From contig CADBBB010000006.1 of assembly GCA_902792795.1 (NCBI GenBank), positions 22,200-86,199 on the forward strand: 64,000 bases of DNA, read 5' to 3'. The stretch comes from an uncultured Spirochaetaceae bacterium (GTDB lineage Bacteria > Spirochaetota > Spirochaetia > Treponematales > Treponemataceae). Below are positions 1 through 10,000 of the stretch, piece after piece (positions within the stretch are counted from its first letter, which is position 1; the number at the start of each line of letters is the position of its first letter). The translations under genes and the position numbers were made by a program. The notes under the pieces are model-generated. The model did no database searches. It worked only from the letters and a program-made list of their open reading frames with translations, and was not told the origin of the DNA.

Positions 1-1190
1 TCTTTTACGGCTCCGGCAACATCGTCCATGTTGCTGGAAAGGTTGCGGCCGATTGTCTGCATGTTGCCTGATTCCACGATTATTGACTTCATGGAATTGG
101 CGATCTTTTCAATCGTAAGGTTAAAGTATTCAGAGAGGCGACCGATTTCATCGCGGGTTTTTACGGGCAAGCGAACGGTCAAGTCGCCGTCGCCTTCCGA
201 AATGTTCTTAAGAATGCCGGTGATTTCGATAATCGGCTTAGTGAAGCTGCGCGCCATAAAGCTGGCGACCAAAATTGAAATTATAATGCCCAAAACCAAG
301 GCGACGATTACCGCTTCGATAATCTTTGTCGTTCCGCCGTTGATTACGGACATCGGGATTACCAAAACATAGTCCAAAGAGTAATAGTCGTTTGACGAAG
401 GAAGCGCGCGGATTTCGCACTTTGTTCCGTCAAGCATCTTGTCGCGGGAAGTGTTGTAAGCGCCGGGGCTAAAATTCTCCACGCTCTTTAGGCCGATGTC
501 GTTGACCTTTTGAAAGGTCAATTCATCGCTAAAGGGGTTAAGCAAAACATTGCAGTCCTGGTCGACAAGAATGTATTTGATGTCGCCCATGCTGGTGGAA
601 TCTCCCAAAAGGATTCCAAAAAGGCGGGCGTCAACCTCATAAGCCGCGACGCCAATCGTGTCGCCGTATTCGTCCGTGATTGTTTTTGAGGCGGTGAAGG
701 CAAGCTTGCCGTCAGGCATTTCGTGCAAAGTGGAGAACCTTGGCGTTCCATCGTAGTCAACCGCCTCGATGTACCAGTTTTCGTCGCGCGGATCGGCGGG
801 CGCGTAGTCCTGCGGATAATAATATGACTCGCCGCTTTCCAAAGATATGGAAGCCGCTAATATTGTGTCGTTGTTTTCCACAAAATTGCTTTCGTATTCT
901 ATGACTCTTTCTTCCGCGTCGGGCTCGTTTTTAGCCATGACATAAGCGCCGCCTAATAAAGAAAGCTCCGCGTCCGAACCATTCAAAAAAGCGGAAATCG
1001 TAGTGTCGGTAAGGCGCATTATATTGCCCAAGTTTTCCGTAAACTGAATGTCGTTGACAGATTTTTCACGGATAAAAACCATGATTCCAAGCGCCATCAA
1101 AAGCGAAATAGTCATAAGGTTTATGCCCATGACGATTTTGCGAGCCAGAGTTTTCTCTTTTCTTTTATTGTTTTTTTGCGTAGTTTCCAT
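1..1190 (-). CDS. Methyl-accepting chemotaxis protein, N-terminal part (runs off the window start)
   Basis: Manual translation from ATG at 1190 (METTQKNNKRKEKTLARKIV...): TM helix, Cache-like periplasmic region (DPRDENWYIEA), second TM, HAMP (KNISEGDGDLTVRLPVKTRDEIGRLSEYFN), start of signalling helix. Absent from the ORF track because it has no stop in the window. Confidence 0.9.
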   Translation of the reverse strand, partial: METTQKNNKRKEKTLARKIVMGINLMTISLLMALGIMVFIREKSVNDIQFTENLGNIMRLTDTTISAFLNGSDAELSLLGGAYVMAKNEPDAEERVIEYESNFVENNDTILAASISLESGESYYYPQDYAPADPRDENWYIEAVDYDGTPRFSTLHEMPDGKLAFTASKTITDEYGDTIGVAAYEVDARLFGILLGDSTSMGDIKYILVDQDCNVLLNPFSDELTFQKVNDIGLKSVENFSPGAYNTSRDKMLDGTKCEIRALPSSNDYYSLDYVLVIPMSVINGGTTKIIEAVIVALVLGIIISILVASFMARSFTKPIIEITGILKNISEGDGDLTVRLPVKTRDEIGRLSEYFNLTIEKIANSMKSIIVESGNMQTIGRNLSSNMDDVAGAVK

Positions 1191-1349
1191 AAAAAACCCT
1201 CTTTAAAGATACTGCGTTTATATCGCAATATTATAGCGCGCATATGGAAAATAATAAAGTATTATTGTAATTTTTTTAAACCTATGCTATTATATATGCA
1301 TAGGCTGTCCAGCTCACAAAAAAATCCGCTGGATGCCAGGAGAAGAATT

Positions 1350-2147
1350 ATGAAGAAAATTATTGCATTGCTTGCGGCGTGCGCCTTGTTTGCTTCTGTC
1401 GCTTTCGCAGAGGATGCGGCTTCCATCGTCCACAAGTCCGTCAGCATCACTCCGCCTGAATTCACTATCACAAACGTAAGCTTTCAGTTTTTTGACAAAA
1501 ACGGAAAGCTTGAGCGCGACTTGGTTCTTGACCAGTACGGCCGCAACCGCGCGGATTTGGTAGAAACAGTTTTCGCCTTTACAGCCGACGCTGACATCAA
1601 AAACACCCGCTTGCTTCAGGCCGAAAAGAAAGGAAAGCAGGACGACAAATGGATTTTCTTGCCGTCAGTAGGAACCGCCCGCCGCGTTTCTTCAGCCGAA
1701 CGCCAAAAGTCATTCGTAGGCTCTGAATTCGCCTATGACGACATGTCTTTGCGCGACGCCGCTTTGGACACTCACACAATGATCAACGAGAACGTTTCAA
1801 AGAAGGTTGCCGCCACAACTTACAACTGCTGGCAGATTGAGTCAGTTCCTATTAAAAAAGCCGACTCTGGCTACTCAAAGCGCGTCCAGTTCATCGACAA
1901 AGCCACTTATTTGCCTGTTTTCACCGAATTCTACGACCGCAAGGGCGCCCTTCTTAAGACTTGCGCCATTGAGGAAATCCGCACAGGCACAGGCGTAACG
2001 GGAAAGACTTATCCTATCCGCTGGAAAGTTCGCATGGAAAACAAGCAGAACGGCCGCACGACTTTGGTAACGCTCAGAAAGCAGACAATCGACAAGCAAG
2101 TTCCTGACAAGACATTCACTCAGGGCTGGCTCGTTTCCGGAAAATAA
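1350..2147 (+). CDS. LolA-like outer membrane lipoprotein-sorting family protein (DUF1329/TP0789-like), secreted
   Basis: AGGAG RBS before ATG 1350, signal peptide MKKIIALLAACALFASVAFA, motifs WIFLPSVGTARRV, SFVGSEFAYDDM, EFYDRKGALLK; paralog of 7177..7971. Confidence 0.8.
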   Translation: MKKIIALLAACALFASVAFAEDAASIVHKSVSITPPEFTITNVSFQFFDKNGKLERDLVLDQYGRNRADLVETVFAFTADADIKNTRLLQAEKKGKQDDKWIFLPSVGTARRVSSAERQKSFVGSEFAYDDMSLRDAALDTHTMINENVSKKVAATTYNCWQIESVPIKKADSGYSKRVQFIDKATYLPVFTEFYDRKGALLKTCAIEEIRTGTGVTGKTYPIRWKVRMENKQNGRTTLVTLRKQTIDKQVPDKTFTQGWLVSGK

Positions 2148-2149
2148 TA

Positions 2150-2183
2150 AAAAAAACCGCGCTTCAGTTAGCGCGGTTTTTTT
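2150..2183. terminator. Bidirectional intrinsic terminator
   Basis: A-tract-ACCGCGCT-loop-AGCGCGGT-T-tract between convergent genes. Confidence 0.85.
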
Positions 2184-2188
2184 ATGCC

Positions 2189-3571
2189 CTAGTTCACTTT
2201 CTTGACCACGACATTCTTAATCACAATGTCCGCCGTGGAGCCTTGGTTTCCCATGTTGAACTCAACGCGGCCCATCGCGTCCGTCTTGTCCTTCATCGTA
2301 AAGTTGAACGAAAAATGCTGTTCCTTTTTGGTAAGCTCAACCTTTGTGTCCTTAAAGTAGCGAATCCAGTTGCGTTCTGGAGCGGACACGGCGGCGAGCA
2401 TAGTTCGCGGCACGGAAGCTTTTGCGTCAAACGAAAACTCGTATGTACAGCCTTCCTCAATCGGAATGCCTACATGGAAAACCTGGACGCTGTATTCAAG
2501 CGAGCCGGCCTTTTTGGTCTTAATCGTAAGAGCGCCGCCGCCGATTGTGGCCGAGCCTTCTCCGCCGCCAGCAGTGTAAAAGTCCCAGCCAGTTCCGTCG
2601 CTCATGTCCTCTTTTTCCGTAAACTTGGAATTTTGGACATAGTTTCCTTCCGCGTCAGGCTCGCGCAAAACAATGACCTTTTCGGGCATCGTTACGTTTT
2701 CGTCGTATTCCTTCTTTTGGTAGACGCGAACGTAGTCAACAATGAGCCGAGCGTTCTCGGCGAACTTGGCGTTCTTTTCGGGGTATCCGACCCATTCGCC
2801 GCCGACGGCAAGATTCAGGATGATGTAAAACTGCTTGTTAAAGGGCGCGGGATAAGGACGCCCGTCTCCGTTGGCGCGGGGCCTGGTGAACCATTCGTTG
2901 GTCTTGTAGTAAAGTTTTCCGTCGATGTACCAGCGGAATTCGCCAGGATCCCATTCCAAGGCGTAAACATGGAATTCCTTGGAAAAGTCGCCTTGCTCAA
3001 GGGTGTATTTTCCCTGCTGCTGCGTATGCGGCTCGCCGTAGTGAATCGTTCCAAAAACGCGATTTGTTTCGTCGCCCAAAACTTCCATGATGTCAATCTC
3101 GCCGCATCGGGGCCAGGGGCCGTAATAGCCTTCGCTTGACGGCATCATCCAAAAGGCCGGCAAAAAACCTTTTCCGCTTGGAACCTTTAGGCGCGCCTCA
3201 AAGCGGCCGTATTTAAACACATGCTTTCCAAATGTGTTGATTCTTCCGGAAGTGTATTCGTTGGTCTTTTTGTTCTTGAGCGCCTGGATTACAAGGCATC
3301 CGTCCTTGACGTAAGTGTTTTCTGTCGAAGTTCCGTAGCTTTGCAATTCTTTGTTCACCCAACCGGCCTCATGGATTTCGTACTTCCAGTTGTTCATGTT
3401 AAGCTCGTCGCCGTCAAAGTTTTCTTCCCATACCAAGTCCGCGTCGGTGTAAAGGTCGCTCTGCAATGCCGGAGCGGGCGTTGTCGGCGCGATGACGTCC
3501 TTTTTAGAACAGCCCGCCAAAAACAAGGCCGCAAGGGCCAAAAGCGGCGCCGCCGCGATAAGTTTTTTCAT
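2189..3571 (-). CDS. GH16 beta-1,3-glucanase (laminarinase-like) lipoprotein with C-terminal CBM4/9-like module
   Basis: Lipobox LAGC; GH16 catalytic motif WPRCGEIDIME; YGRFEARLK; C-terminal GCTYEFSFDAKAS...DIVIKNV carbohydrate-binding pattern. Confidence 0.9.
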   Translation of the reverse strand: MKKLIAAAPLLALAALFLAGCSKKDVIAPTTPAPALQSDLYTDADLVWEENFDGDELNMNNWKYEIHEAGWVNKELQSYGTSTENTYVKDGCLVIQALKNKKTNEYTSGRINTFGKHVFKYGRFEARLKVPSGKGFLPAFWMMPSSEGYYGPWPRCGEIDIMEVLGDETNRVFGTIHYGEPHTQQQGKYTLEQGDFSKEFHVYALEWDPGEFRWYIDGKLYYKTNEWFTRPRANGDGRPYPAPFNKQFYIILNLAVGGEWVGYPEKNAKFAENARLIVDYVRVYQKKEYDENVTMPEKVIVLREPDAEGNYVQNSKFTEKEDMSDGTGWDFYTAGGGEGSATIGGGALTIKTKKAGSLEYSVQVFHVGIPIEEGCTYEFSFDAKASVPRTMLAAVSAPERNWIRYFKDTKVELTKKEQHFSFNFTMKDKTDAMGRVEFNMGNQGSTADIVIKNVVVKKVN

Positions 3572-3656
3572 AATGATTCCTCCATAACCTTCATTGTAGC
3601 GAAAAAAGGCCGCCCCAGGTTGTTGGAGCGGCTCTTTGCCTGGCGTTTAAGGCCTG

Positions 3657-4142
3657 TTATTTCTTTCCTGTCTTAAAACCGGTTTTTTCCAAGGTAAGCT
3701 TGCTGTTTATCTTGTCGTCGTACATGAGCTGGACAGAAACGGCTGACACGGGCTTGTTTACAACGGTATAAGTCAATGTTCCTTCAAACGGAGTCTTGGC
3801 CTTGATGTCCGTCACAGCCTGGTTTTCGTCAGAAATAGGAGTCCACCATTTTGCGGCTTCCGAGTTGTCGATCACCATCATTTGCAATGTGGGAAGGTCG
3901 ACGTTGCTTGTAAATTTAAAGTGGACTTCTATTTTGTCGCCCGGCTCGGGGAAATTTCCAGTGAAATATTTTGTGAATGTCGGCGGATTTGTGTTTTGGT
4001 AGTTAGGGCCATATTGGTTCTTTCCGATTGTAACTACCTTGCCGTTAGTGGTTTCGGCCAAATCGATGATGTAGGTCTTTTCCGCGAAAACCGCGCCCAA
4101 AGCCAAGACAAAAATTGCCGCCGTCAAAAGTAATTTTTTCAT
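3657..4142 (-). CDS. Secreted hypothetical protein, possibly a carbohydrate-binding beta-sandwich
   Basis: AAGGAG RBS, signal peptide, beta-rich with WW pair; co-oriented upstream of the GH16 gene. Confidence 0.6.
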   Translation of the reverse strand: MKKLLLTAAIFVLALGAVFAEKTYIIDLAETTNGKVVTIGKNQYGPNYQNTNPPTFTKYFTGNFPEPGDKIEVHFKFTSNVDLPTLQMMVIDNSEAAKWWTPISDENQAVTDIKAKTPFEGTLTYTVVNKPVSAVSVQLMYDDKINSKLTLEKTGFKTGKK

Positions 4143-4247
4143 AAAACGCTCCTTAATTATATTTTATTTTATCTATTTTAGCGCGCTTTTCGCGATTTTG
4201 CAAATTTCTTGATAACAAAAAATTTAAATTAAATTTTTAAAAAGCGC

Positions 4248-4315
4248 TTGACGAAAACTCCCAAGCGCCTTATAGTATGTTTATCCGTTCAAATATTTGA
4301 ACGGATAAACATACT
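4248..4315 (+). promoter_or_regulatory. Sigma70 promoter (TTGACG-17bp-TATAGT) overlapped by a perfect 42-bp palindrome (putative operator)
   Basis: -35 at 4248-4253, -10 at 4271-4276; AGTATGTTTATCCGTTCAAAT|ATTTGAACGGATAAACATACT at 4274-4315. Confidence 0.8.
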
Positions 4316-4334
4316 TCATTTGGACGGAGTTTTT

Positions 4335-7097
4335 ATGAGAAACTTTCTAAAACATCCAAAGCTGATTGTTCTCCTTTGTTTTGCGATAACAGTCGCTTTA
4401 GCCACCCCCTTAGTTTCAGTGTCCATAGAAAACACTGTTCGCCGCTACATGCCGCCTAAGAGCGATTCTTACACCCGCCTGATTGGAACCGAAGAGCAGT
4501 TCGGCAGCATGATTTCCATCGGAATTTCGCTGGAAACGGACAACGAGACGATTTTGACCGCGGAATACATCGACGTAATCCGCCAAATCACTGACCAAAT
4601 CGACTCGCTCGAAGGCATCAAGTCAATCAATTCAATTTCAAAGATTGACTATGTTTACTCCCTTGACGGAGGCCTCGCCGCCGGCCAGCTGGTTGACGAC
4701 AACTACACCGGAAGCAAAGCCGACATTCAAGCGGTCAAGCAAAAAATCATCGACTGGCAGGACATGTACAACCGCGTCATCATCGACGACGACTTCCAAG
4801 CCGCCCAGATTGCGGCCACGGTCGACCCGGAATTCGGCTCAACCCAGCAAATCGAGCTTTTGCATAAAATCCAAAAAATCGCCTACGACGCGATTGAGGG
4901 CCACAACCTTGAGGTTCGCTTCTACGGCGACCCGGTTTTGAGCGACAACGCCTCGGACTACATGATCCACGACTTGCTCACGCTCATTCCTCTTGTAACG
5001 CTCGTCGTTCTTCTTTCGCTTTACTTCTCTTTCCATACATTCTCAGGAACCTTGCTGCCCCTCATCTCGGTTTTGATGTCAACGATTTGGTCTTGCGGAA
5101 TAATGGACTTGCTCAACATCACCTTTACAATCGTGGCCAGCGTAATTCCCGTCTGTTTGATTGCCTGCGGTTCCGCCTACGGAATCCATGTCATCACCCA
5201 TTACGAGGCCGCCGTCAAAAAGATTGAAGGCGAAATCACAAAAGAAAAGCACTTGGACGCCATTTGCGCGGGATTGAAGGACGTTTGGGTCGCGGTTTTG
5301 TTGGCCGCCGTCACGACAATCGCCGGCTTCATTTCTCTTGTAACAAGCCCCATCGAGCCGCTCAAGAGCTTCGCGATTTTCTCAGCCGCCGGCGTCGCTT
5401 TCTCATTGCTCATTTCCGTAACATTCATTCCGGCCGCCCTTTCATTGCGCCCGCTCAACCGCGTCGGAAAACACCGCTTCAGCCAGCTTTCGGACAAAAT
5501 CAAGGCCAAAGTCCTAAGAGAGCGCGAGCGTCTCGGAGGCCACAAGGACGAGGCCCGCGGCCGCACATTGTACAGCATTTACCACTTCTGCGCCGGCACA
5601 AAGCCCCGCTTGGTGATTTTCTCAGTCTTGATTTGCTTGTTCTCCTTCCTTGGCGTCAAGCAATTGGTAATCAACACGGCCTTGGTCGACTACTTCCCGC
5701 CCACCAGCAAATTCCGCGAGGACATCAAATTTGTCGACGAAACCTTCGCCGGAACCAACGACGTTTACTTTGTAATCAGCGGCCAGGAAAAGGGCGACAT
5801 GACAAAGCCCGAAATCCTCAAGGCGGTTGACGACTTGCAAAACCACTTGTTGGACGACTATCCGGAACAAATCGGAAAAGCCGTTTCGTTCACAACTTTC
5901 ATCAAGAGAATGAACCAAGTAATGCACGCTCCTATGCTGGCCGCTTCTTCCGACAGCGCGGAGGATTTTGCCGCCGCGGACTCAGGCTCCTACGCCGAAG
6001 ACGATTGGGGCGATTCCGGCGATGACTGGGGAGACTCATCCGGCGACGAATGGGCCGACGCCGGCGACGACTGGGGAGACTCGGCCGCCGATGACAGCGC
6101 CGAAGCCGCCGCTCCGACAAAAGAATGGGTTGACCCGAACATCCAGCACGCAAAGGACTTGCAGCAGCAGGTAACAGTCCAGCAAGCCTTGGAAATGTTC
6201 GCCACAGCCTACACGGCGGCCGGCGGAAAGAACGCCACCGTCGAAGGAATGGTTACAGAGCTTGAAAGGCTTTTCAACTTCAACGGCATAGACTACTACG
6301 AAGTTCCTTACGACTTGGACAAATATCCCGCCGCCACCCGCGAAGGCTTGGCCAACCTCGTAAGCCAGTACTTGCTTCTTTACAGCGGCTCGCTTGACAG
6401 ATTCAGCGACGACCAGCTTGCGCCAAAGACAATCCGCATGCAGGTTCAGCTTAGATGCCACGACACCCACAAAATCAAGGAAATCATCCAAGAGGCGCAG
6501 GATTACGCAAAAGCCAACTTCCCTGTAGGCTACACATTGGTTCCTACAGGAAACGGCGAAATGGAAGTTTCCATGACCGACATGGTAATCTCAAGCCAAG
6601 TCACCAGCATCTTGTTCTCAATCTTCATGGTCTTTGTAATCATCGCGGTTTCATTCAAGTCGCCGGTAGCCGGCTTGCTTGGAGCGGTGCCGCTGGCATT
6701 TACAATCATCCTCAACTTTATGACGATGGGCTTTACTGGCATCCAGCTTGACTTGGTTACCAGCATTATCGCCAGCGTTGCGATCGGCGTAGGCATCGAC
6801 TACACGATTCACTTTATGGAAAGCTACAAGGCTGAGCGCGCCAAGAGCGACAACGTTGAGGAAGTCACGATGAGAACCTTTGCCGTAAGCGGCTTGGGAA
6901 TCGTAACCAACGCGCTTGCCGTAGGCTTGGGCTTCTTGGTTTTGCTCTTCTCAAAGTTCCAGATTCTAAGATGCATCGGCTTGCTGGTCGCTATCGTAAT
7001 GTTCTCCAGCTCTTTCTTGGCAATGACGGTAATCCCCGGCGTTCTCAACGCCTTCGATCCCAAGTTCATCAGGCCAAAGGAAGAGAAAAAGAACTAA
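4335..7097 (+). CDS. MMPL/RND family inner-membrane transporter
   Basis: GGAG RBS then ATG 4335; two repeats of TM + periplasmic domain + 5 TMs; motifs GSAYGIH and GVGIDYTIH; acidic DDWGD repeat insert. Confidence 0.9.
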   Translation: MRNFLKHPKLIVLLCFAITVALATPLVSVSIENTVRRYMPPKSDSYTRLIGTEEQFGSMISIGISLETDNETILTAEYIDVIRQITDQIDSLEGIKSINSISKIDYVYSLDGGLAAGQLVDDNYTGSKADIQAVKQKIIDWQDMYNRVIIDDDFQAAQIAATVDPEFGSTQQIELLHKIQKIAYDAIEGHNLEVRFYGDPVLSDNASDYMIHDLLTLIPLVTLVVLLSLYFSFHTFSGTLLPLISVLMSTIWSCGIMDLLNITFTIVASVIPVCLIACGSAYGIHVITHYEAAVKKIEGEITKEKHLDAICAGLKDVWVAVLLAAVTTIAGFISLVTSPIEPLKSFAIFSAAGVAFSLLISVTFIPAALSLRPLNRVGKHRFSQLSDKIKAKVLRERERLGGHKDEARGRTLYSIYHFCAGTKPRLVIFSVLICLFSFLGVKQLVINTALVDYFPPTSKFREDIKFVDETFAGTNDVYFVISGQEKGDMTKPEILKAVDDLQNHLLDDYPEQIGKAVSFTTFIKRMNQVMHAPMLAASSDSAEDFAAADSGSYAEDDWGDSGDDWGDSSGDEWADAGDDWGDSAADDSAEAAAPTKEWVDPNIQHAKDLQQQVTVQQALEMFATAYTAAGGKNATVEGMVTELERLFNFNGIDYYEVPYDLDKYPAATREGLANLVSQYLLLYSGSLDRFSDDQLAPKTIRMQVQLRCHDTHKIKEIIQEAQDYAKANFPVGYTLVPTGNGEMEVSMTDMVISSQVTSILFSIFMVFVIIAVSFKSPVAGLLGAVPLAFTIILNFMTMGFTGIQLDLVTSIIASVAIGVGIDYTIHFMESYKAERAKSDNVEEVTMRTFAVSGLGIVTNALAVGLGFLVLLFSKFQILRCIGLLVAIVMFSSSFLAMTVIPGVLNAFDPKFIRPKEEKKN

Positions 7098-7176
7098 TAT
7101 TGTAATGTCATTCCGCCGCTTTTAAAAAGCTGGCGGAAAAACTTAAATAAACTATTTACCTTAGGAGGGTAGATTT

Positions 7177-7971
7177 ATGAAAATGACAAAAATTATCGTA
7201 GCGGCCGCCGCCGCTCTCACAGTTGGAACAATGGCTTTCGCCCTTGACGGAAGAACAGTAATGCAGAACGCCGACGACGTCAAAAAGCCGGCCTTCACTC
7301 GCGCGCAGGTTCAGATGATTTTGATTGAAAAGAGCGGCGCCAAGGAAGTCCGCGTAATCGACGAATGGGGAAAGAACGAGGGCGGCCTTTCAACGGTCGT
7401 AATGCAGTTCAACACTCCCGCCAGCGTAAAGGGAACCCGCTTTAGCCAAAAGGAAAACGCTTCCGGCCCGGACACAAAGTTCATCTTCTTGCCTGACGTC
7501 GGAACAGTCCGCCCGGTTGCCGCCAGCCAAGGCTCAAGCTCATTCATGGGAAGCGACGCCACATACGACGACATGTCAACACGCGCCGTGGACGCCGACA
7601 CCCACGAATTGCTGGCCGAAACGGAAGCCAAGAACGGATTCGCCAACTGCGCCAAAGTAAAGTCAACTCCCAAAGACCTCAAGGAAGCCCAGTACGCCTA
7701 CCGCATCTCTTGGGTAGACAAAGACACTTGGGTTCCGGTTTACGTTGAGATGTACAGCAAGAAGACAGGAAAGATTTGCAAGACATTGGAAGTAAAGGCT
7801 CTTAAGGTAATCAAGGGCTACCCCACTCCGCTCGTCAACGAAATGACAAACCTTGAGACCGGCCACAAGACACAGCTTGTAATGAGCGAAGAGCGCCTCA
7901 AGTTTGACGAGCCGATCAACCCCGCTTACTTCAGCAAGGGCTTCTTGCAGAACGGAAAAGTTTCAAAGTAG
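7177..7971 (+). CDS. LolA-like outer membrane lipoprotein-sorting family protein
   Basis: AGGAGG RBS, signal peptide, FIFLPDVGTVRPV, SFMGSDATYDDM; typical partner of MMPL transporters. Confidence 0.85.
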   Translation: MKMTKIIVAAAAALTVGTMAFALDGRTVMQNADDVKKPAFTRAQVQMILIEKSGAKEVRVIDEWGKNEGGLSTVVMQFNTPASVKGTRFSQKENASGPDTKFIFLPDVGTVRPVAASQGSSSFMGSDATYDDMSTRAVDADTHELLAETEAKNGFANCAKVKSTPKDLKEAQYAYRISWVDKDTWVPVYVEMYSKKTGKICKTLEVKALKVIKGYPTPLVNEMTNLETGHKTQLVMSEERLKFDEPINPAYFSKGFLQNGKVSK

Positions 7972-8078
7972 GAACGTCATTAGGCGCGGTTTTTTCCGCG
8001 CCATTTGCAATATAGCCACAAAAACGCTATAATTTTTATATTGTAAAAAAGTCAAAATCTACACTACAGTTAAAGGAG

Positions 8079-9572
8079 ATGATTATGACTGTATGCAAAA
8101 AGATTTTTGCCGTAAGCTTGGCCTGCGCCTTGTTGGCGGCGAACGTTTACGCCCAGGACGATTGGGGAAGCGACGGCATCGCCGAAGAAACTTCCGAGCC
8201 AACATTTTGGGACAGGTTCAAGATTAGCGGCGACGCCACATTGGCCGGCCGCGCCTACTTTGACAGCGACAAGGCTAGTTCTACAGAAGTGAACGTCATT
8301 CCTCGCTTTAAGCTTGGCTTTGACTACGAAGGAAACGCCACAAAATTCAGCTCAAAAATTCGCCTTGACGAGCAGACATTGCGCTACGACAACGAGATGA
8401 TTCTTGACGAATTTAGCGCCGACTTGTTCGTTGGCAACTGGGTTTTGAGCGCCGGAAAGATGAAAGTCGTTTGGGGAAAAGGCGACAAGCTTCATGTGCT
8501 TGACAACTTCAACTCAAACAACTACTACGACTTCTTGATTCCCGACTACCTTGACCGCCGCAACTCAGAGTACATGTTCCGCGCGCAGTACAACAGCCCG
8601 CTCGGCTTCCGCATTGAAGGAATTTACACTCCGATTATGCACGCAGAAACTTACGCGCAAAAAGGCCCTTGGGTTCCAGAAAAAGTTAACACACTAAAAT
8701 CTACTATTGGATCATTTCCTTTAACTATAAATAGCTACGAGGACTTGATAAAGGCCGCCTCTAAACAAGACGACCTTTATCCCAACACACATAAACTTGA
8801 CTACGGCCAGTTTGGCGGCTATTTCAACTTCACTCTAGGCCTCTTTGACTTTGGCGTTTCTTACTACAATGGCCGCTACAAGCAGGTTTCGGCTGATGTT
8901 TCAGGAGTAATTTACGCTGGTATCGCAAAACAATACCCGACATTCGCGCCTTATGTAGCTTCATTTATCAAAATGCCTACTCTTGAATATGACAAAGTTC
9001 AATCATTTGGCCTCGACATGCAGACAGCGCTTGGACCTTTCACAGTCCGCGCGGAAGGCGTTTACAACATGACAAAAGATTTCGATGGCAGCGACCCGTG
9101 GATACACAACAACAGCATCGGCTACCTCTTTGGCTTTGACGTAAGCCTTCCGATTCACAACGTGACATTGAACGTTCAGGGAACAGGAAACATGATTTTA
9201 AAAAAGGGTGAAATCAGCGACTACAAACTTCCCGCTACATTGGCTGCCGCTTCCGGCATGAAATCTGTTCCTAATACAAAGGAATATGACGTTGACTACG
9301 ACCCCACAGGCTGCTACACAAACCACAAAATTGTCGTCCAGTTGCAGGACACATTCTATTACGAGAAAATCACCGCGACTATCAAAGCTATTTACGGCAT
9401 CGAACGATATGACTTGCTTGTCATGCCCGAACTTTCGTTCAAGGTCCGCGACGGCTGGAAAGTCACAGGCAGCGGCTTGATTATTCACAACTTTGACAAA
9501 GACGAAAACAGCGAATTCAAGGGCTGGCTTGACAACAGCTTTGTGCAGTTGGCCGTCAACTACACATTCTAA
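8079..9572 (+). CDS. Putative outer-membrane beta-barrel protein (DUF1302-like)
   Basis: Signal peptide, amphipathic strands, GKMKVVWGKGD...LDNFN motif, C-terminal aromatic signature VQLAVNYTF; third member of the MMPL-LolA-barrel triad. Confidence 0.7.
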   Translation: MIMTVCKKIFAVSLACALLAANVYAQDDWGSDGIAEETSEPTFWDRFKISGDATLAGRAYFDSDKASSTEVNVIPRFKLGFDYEGNATKFSSKIRLDEQTLRYDNEMILDEFSADLFVGNWVLSAGKMKVVWGKGDKLHVLDNFNSNNYYDFLIPDYLDRRNSEYMFRAQYNSPLGFRIEGIYTPIMHAETYAQKGPWVPEKVNTLKSTIGSFPLTINSYEDLIKAASKQDDLYPNTHKLDYGQFGGYFNFTLGLFDFGVSYYNGRYKQVSADVSGVIYAGIAKQYPTFAPYVASFIKMPTLEYDKVQSFGLDMQTALGPFTVRAEGVYNMTKDFDGSDPWIHNNSIGYLFGFDVSLPIHNVTLNVQGTGNMILKKGEISDYKLPATLAAASGMKSVPNTKEYDVDYDPTGCYTNHKIVVQLQDTFYYEKITATIKAIYGIERYDLLVMPELSFKVRDGWKVTGSGLIIHNFDKDENSEFKGWLDNSFVQLAVNYTF

Positions 9573-9589
9573 TTTTTCGCAGGCGACTT

Positions 9590-10000
9590 ATGAATCAGGA
9601 AGAAGAACTTTTAACTTTGTTCAAAAATGTAAATGATTTTATTCCCATTTTTCAGGCTCTTGCTGATTCAGAGCGCCTGTTGATTCTGCTAAAGCTCTTT
9701 TACGCCGGTTCCAAAGGAAAGAACGTGACTGAGCTTAGCGGAAAAACCCGCCTTTCGCGCCCGGCCGTAAGCCACCACCTAAAGGTGCTTAAGGCCGCGC
9801 GCATCATCAATTCCCGCAAAGACGGAACGCAAGTCTATTATTCGTTGGACGCCAAAGACAAAATCGCAAAGATTGAAAACTTGGTCAATGTTTTGCTTCA
9901 ACACCTAAAGACTATTGACGCAAACCAAGACGAGGTTATAGAAGACGCGGCCTTGGAGAGCTTGGTCGCCAAAGCCCGCGACATGATAAAATCCGCTTAA
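9590..10000 (+). CDS. ArsR/SmtB family transcriptional regulator
   Basis: FQALADSERLLIL...NVTEL...LSRPAVSHHLKVLKAARII...RKDGTQVYYSL. Confidence 0.9.
   Translation: MNQEEELLTLFKNVNDFIPIFQALADSERLLILLKLFYAGSKGKNVTELSGKTRLSRPAVSHHLKVLKAARIINSRKDGTQVYYSLDAKDKIAKIENLVNVLLQHLKTIDANQDEVIEDAALESLVAKARDMIKSA

Noticed and set aside
1176-1349. N-terminal extensions in the ORF track (also starts at 4248, 27914, 29744, 38651, 45426, 62662)
   Set aside because: Downstream starts have RBS and/or signal peptides or match family N-termini; the extensions run through promoters or neighbouring genes.
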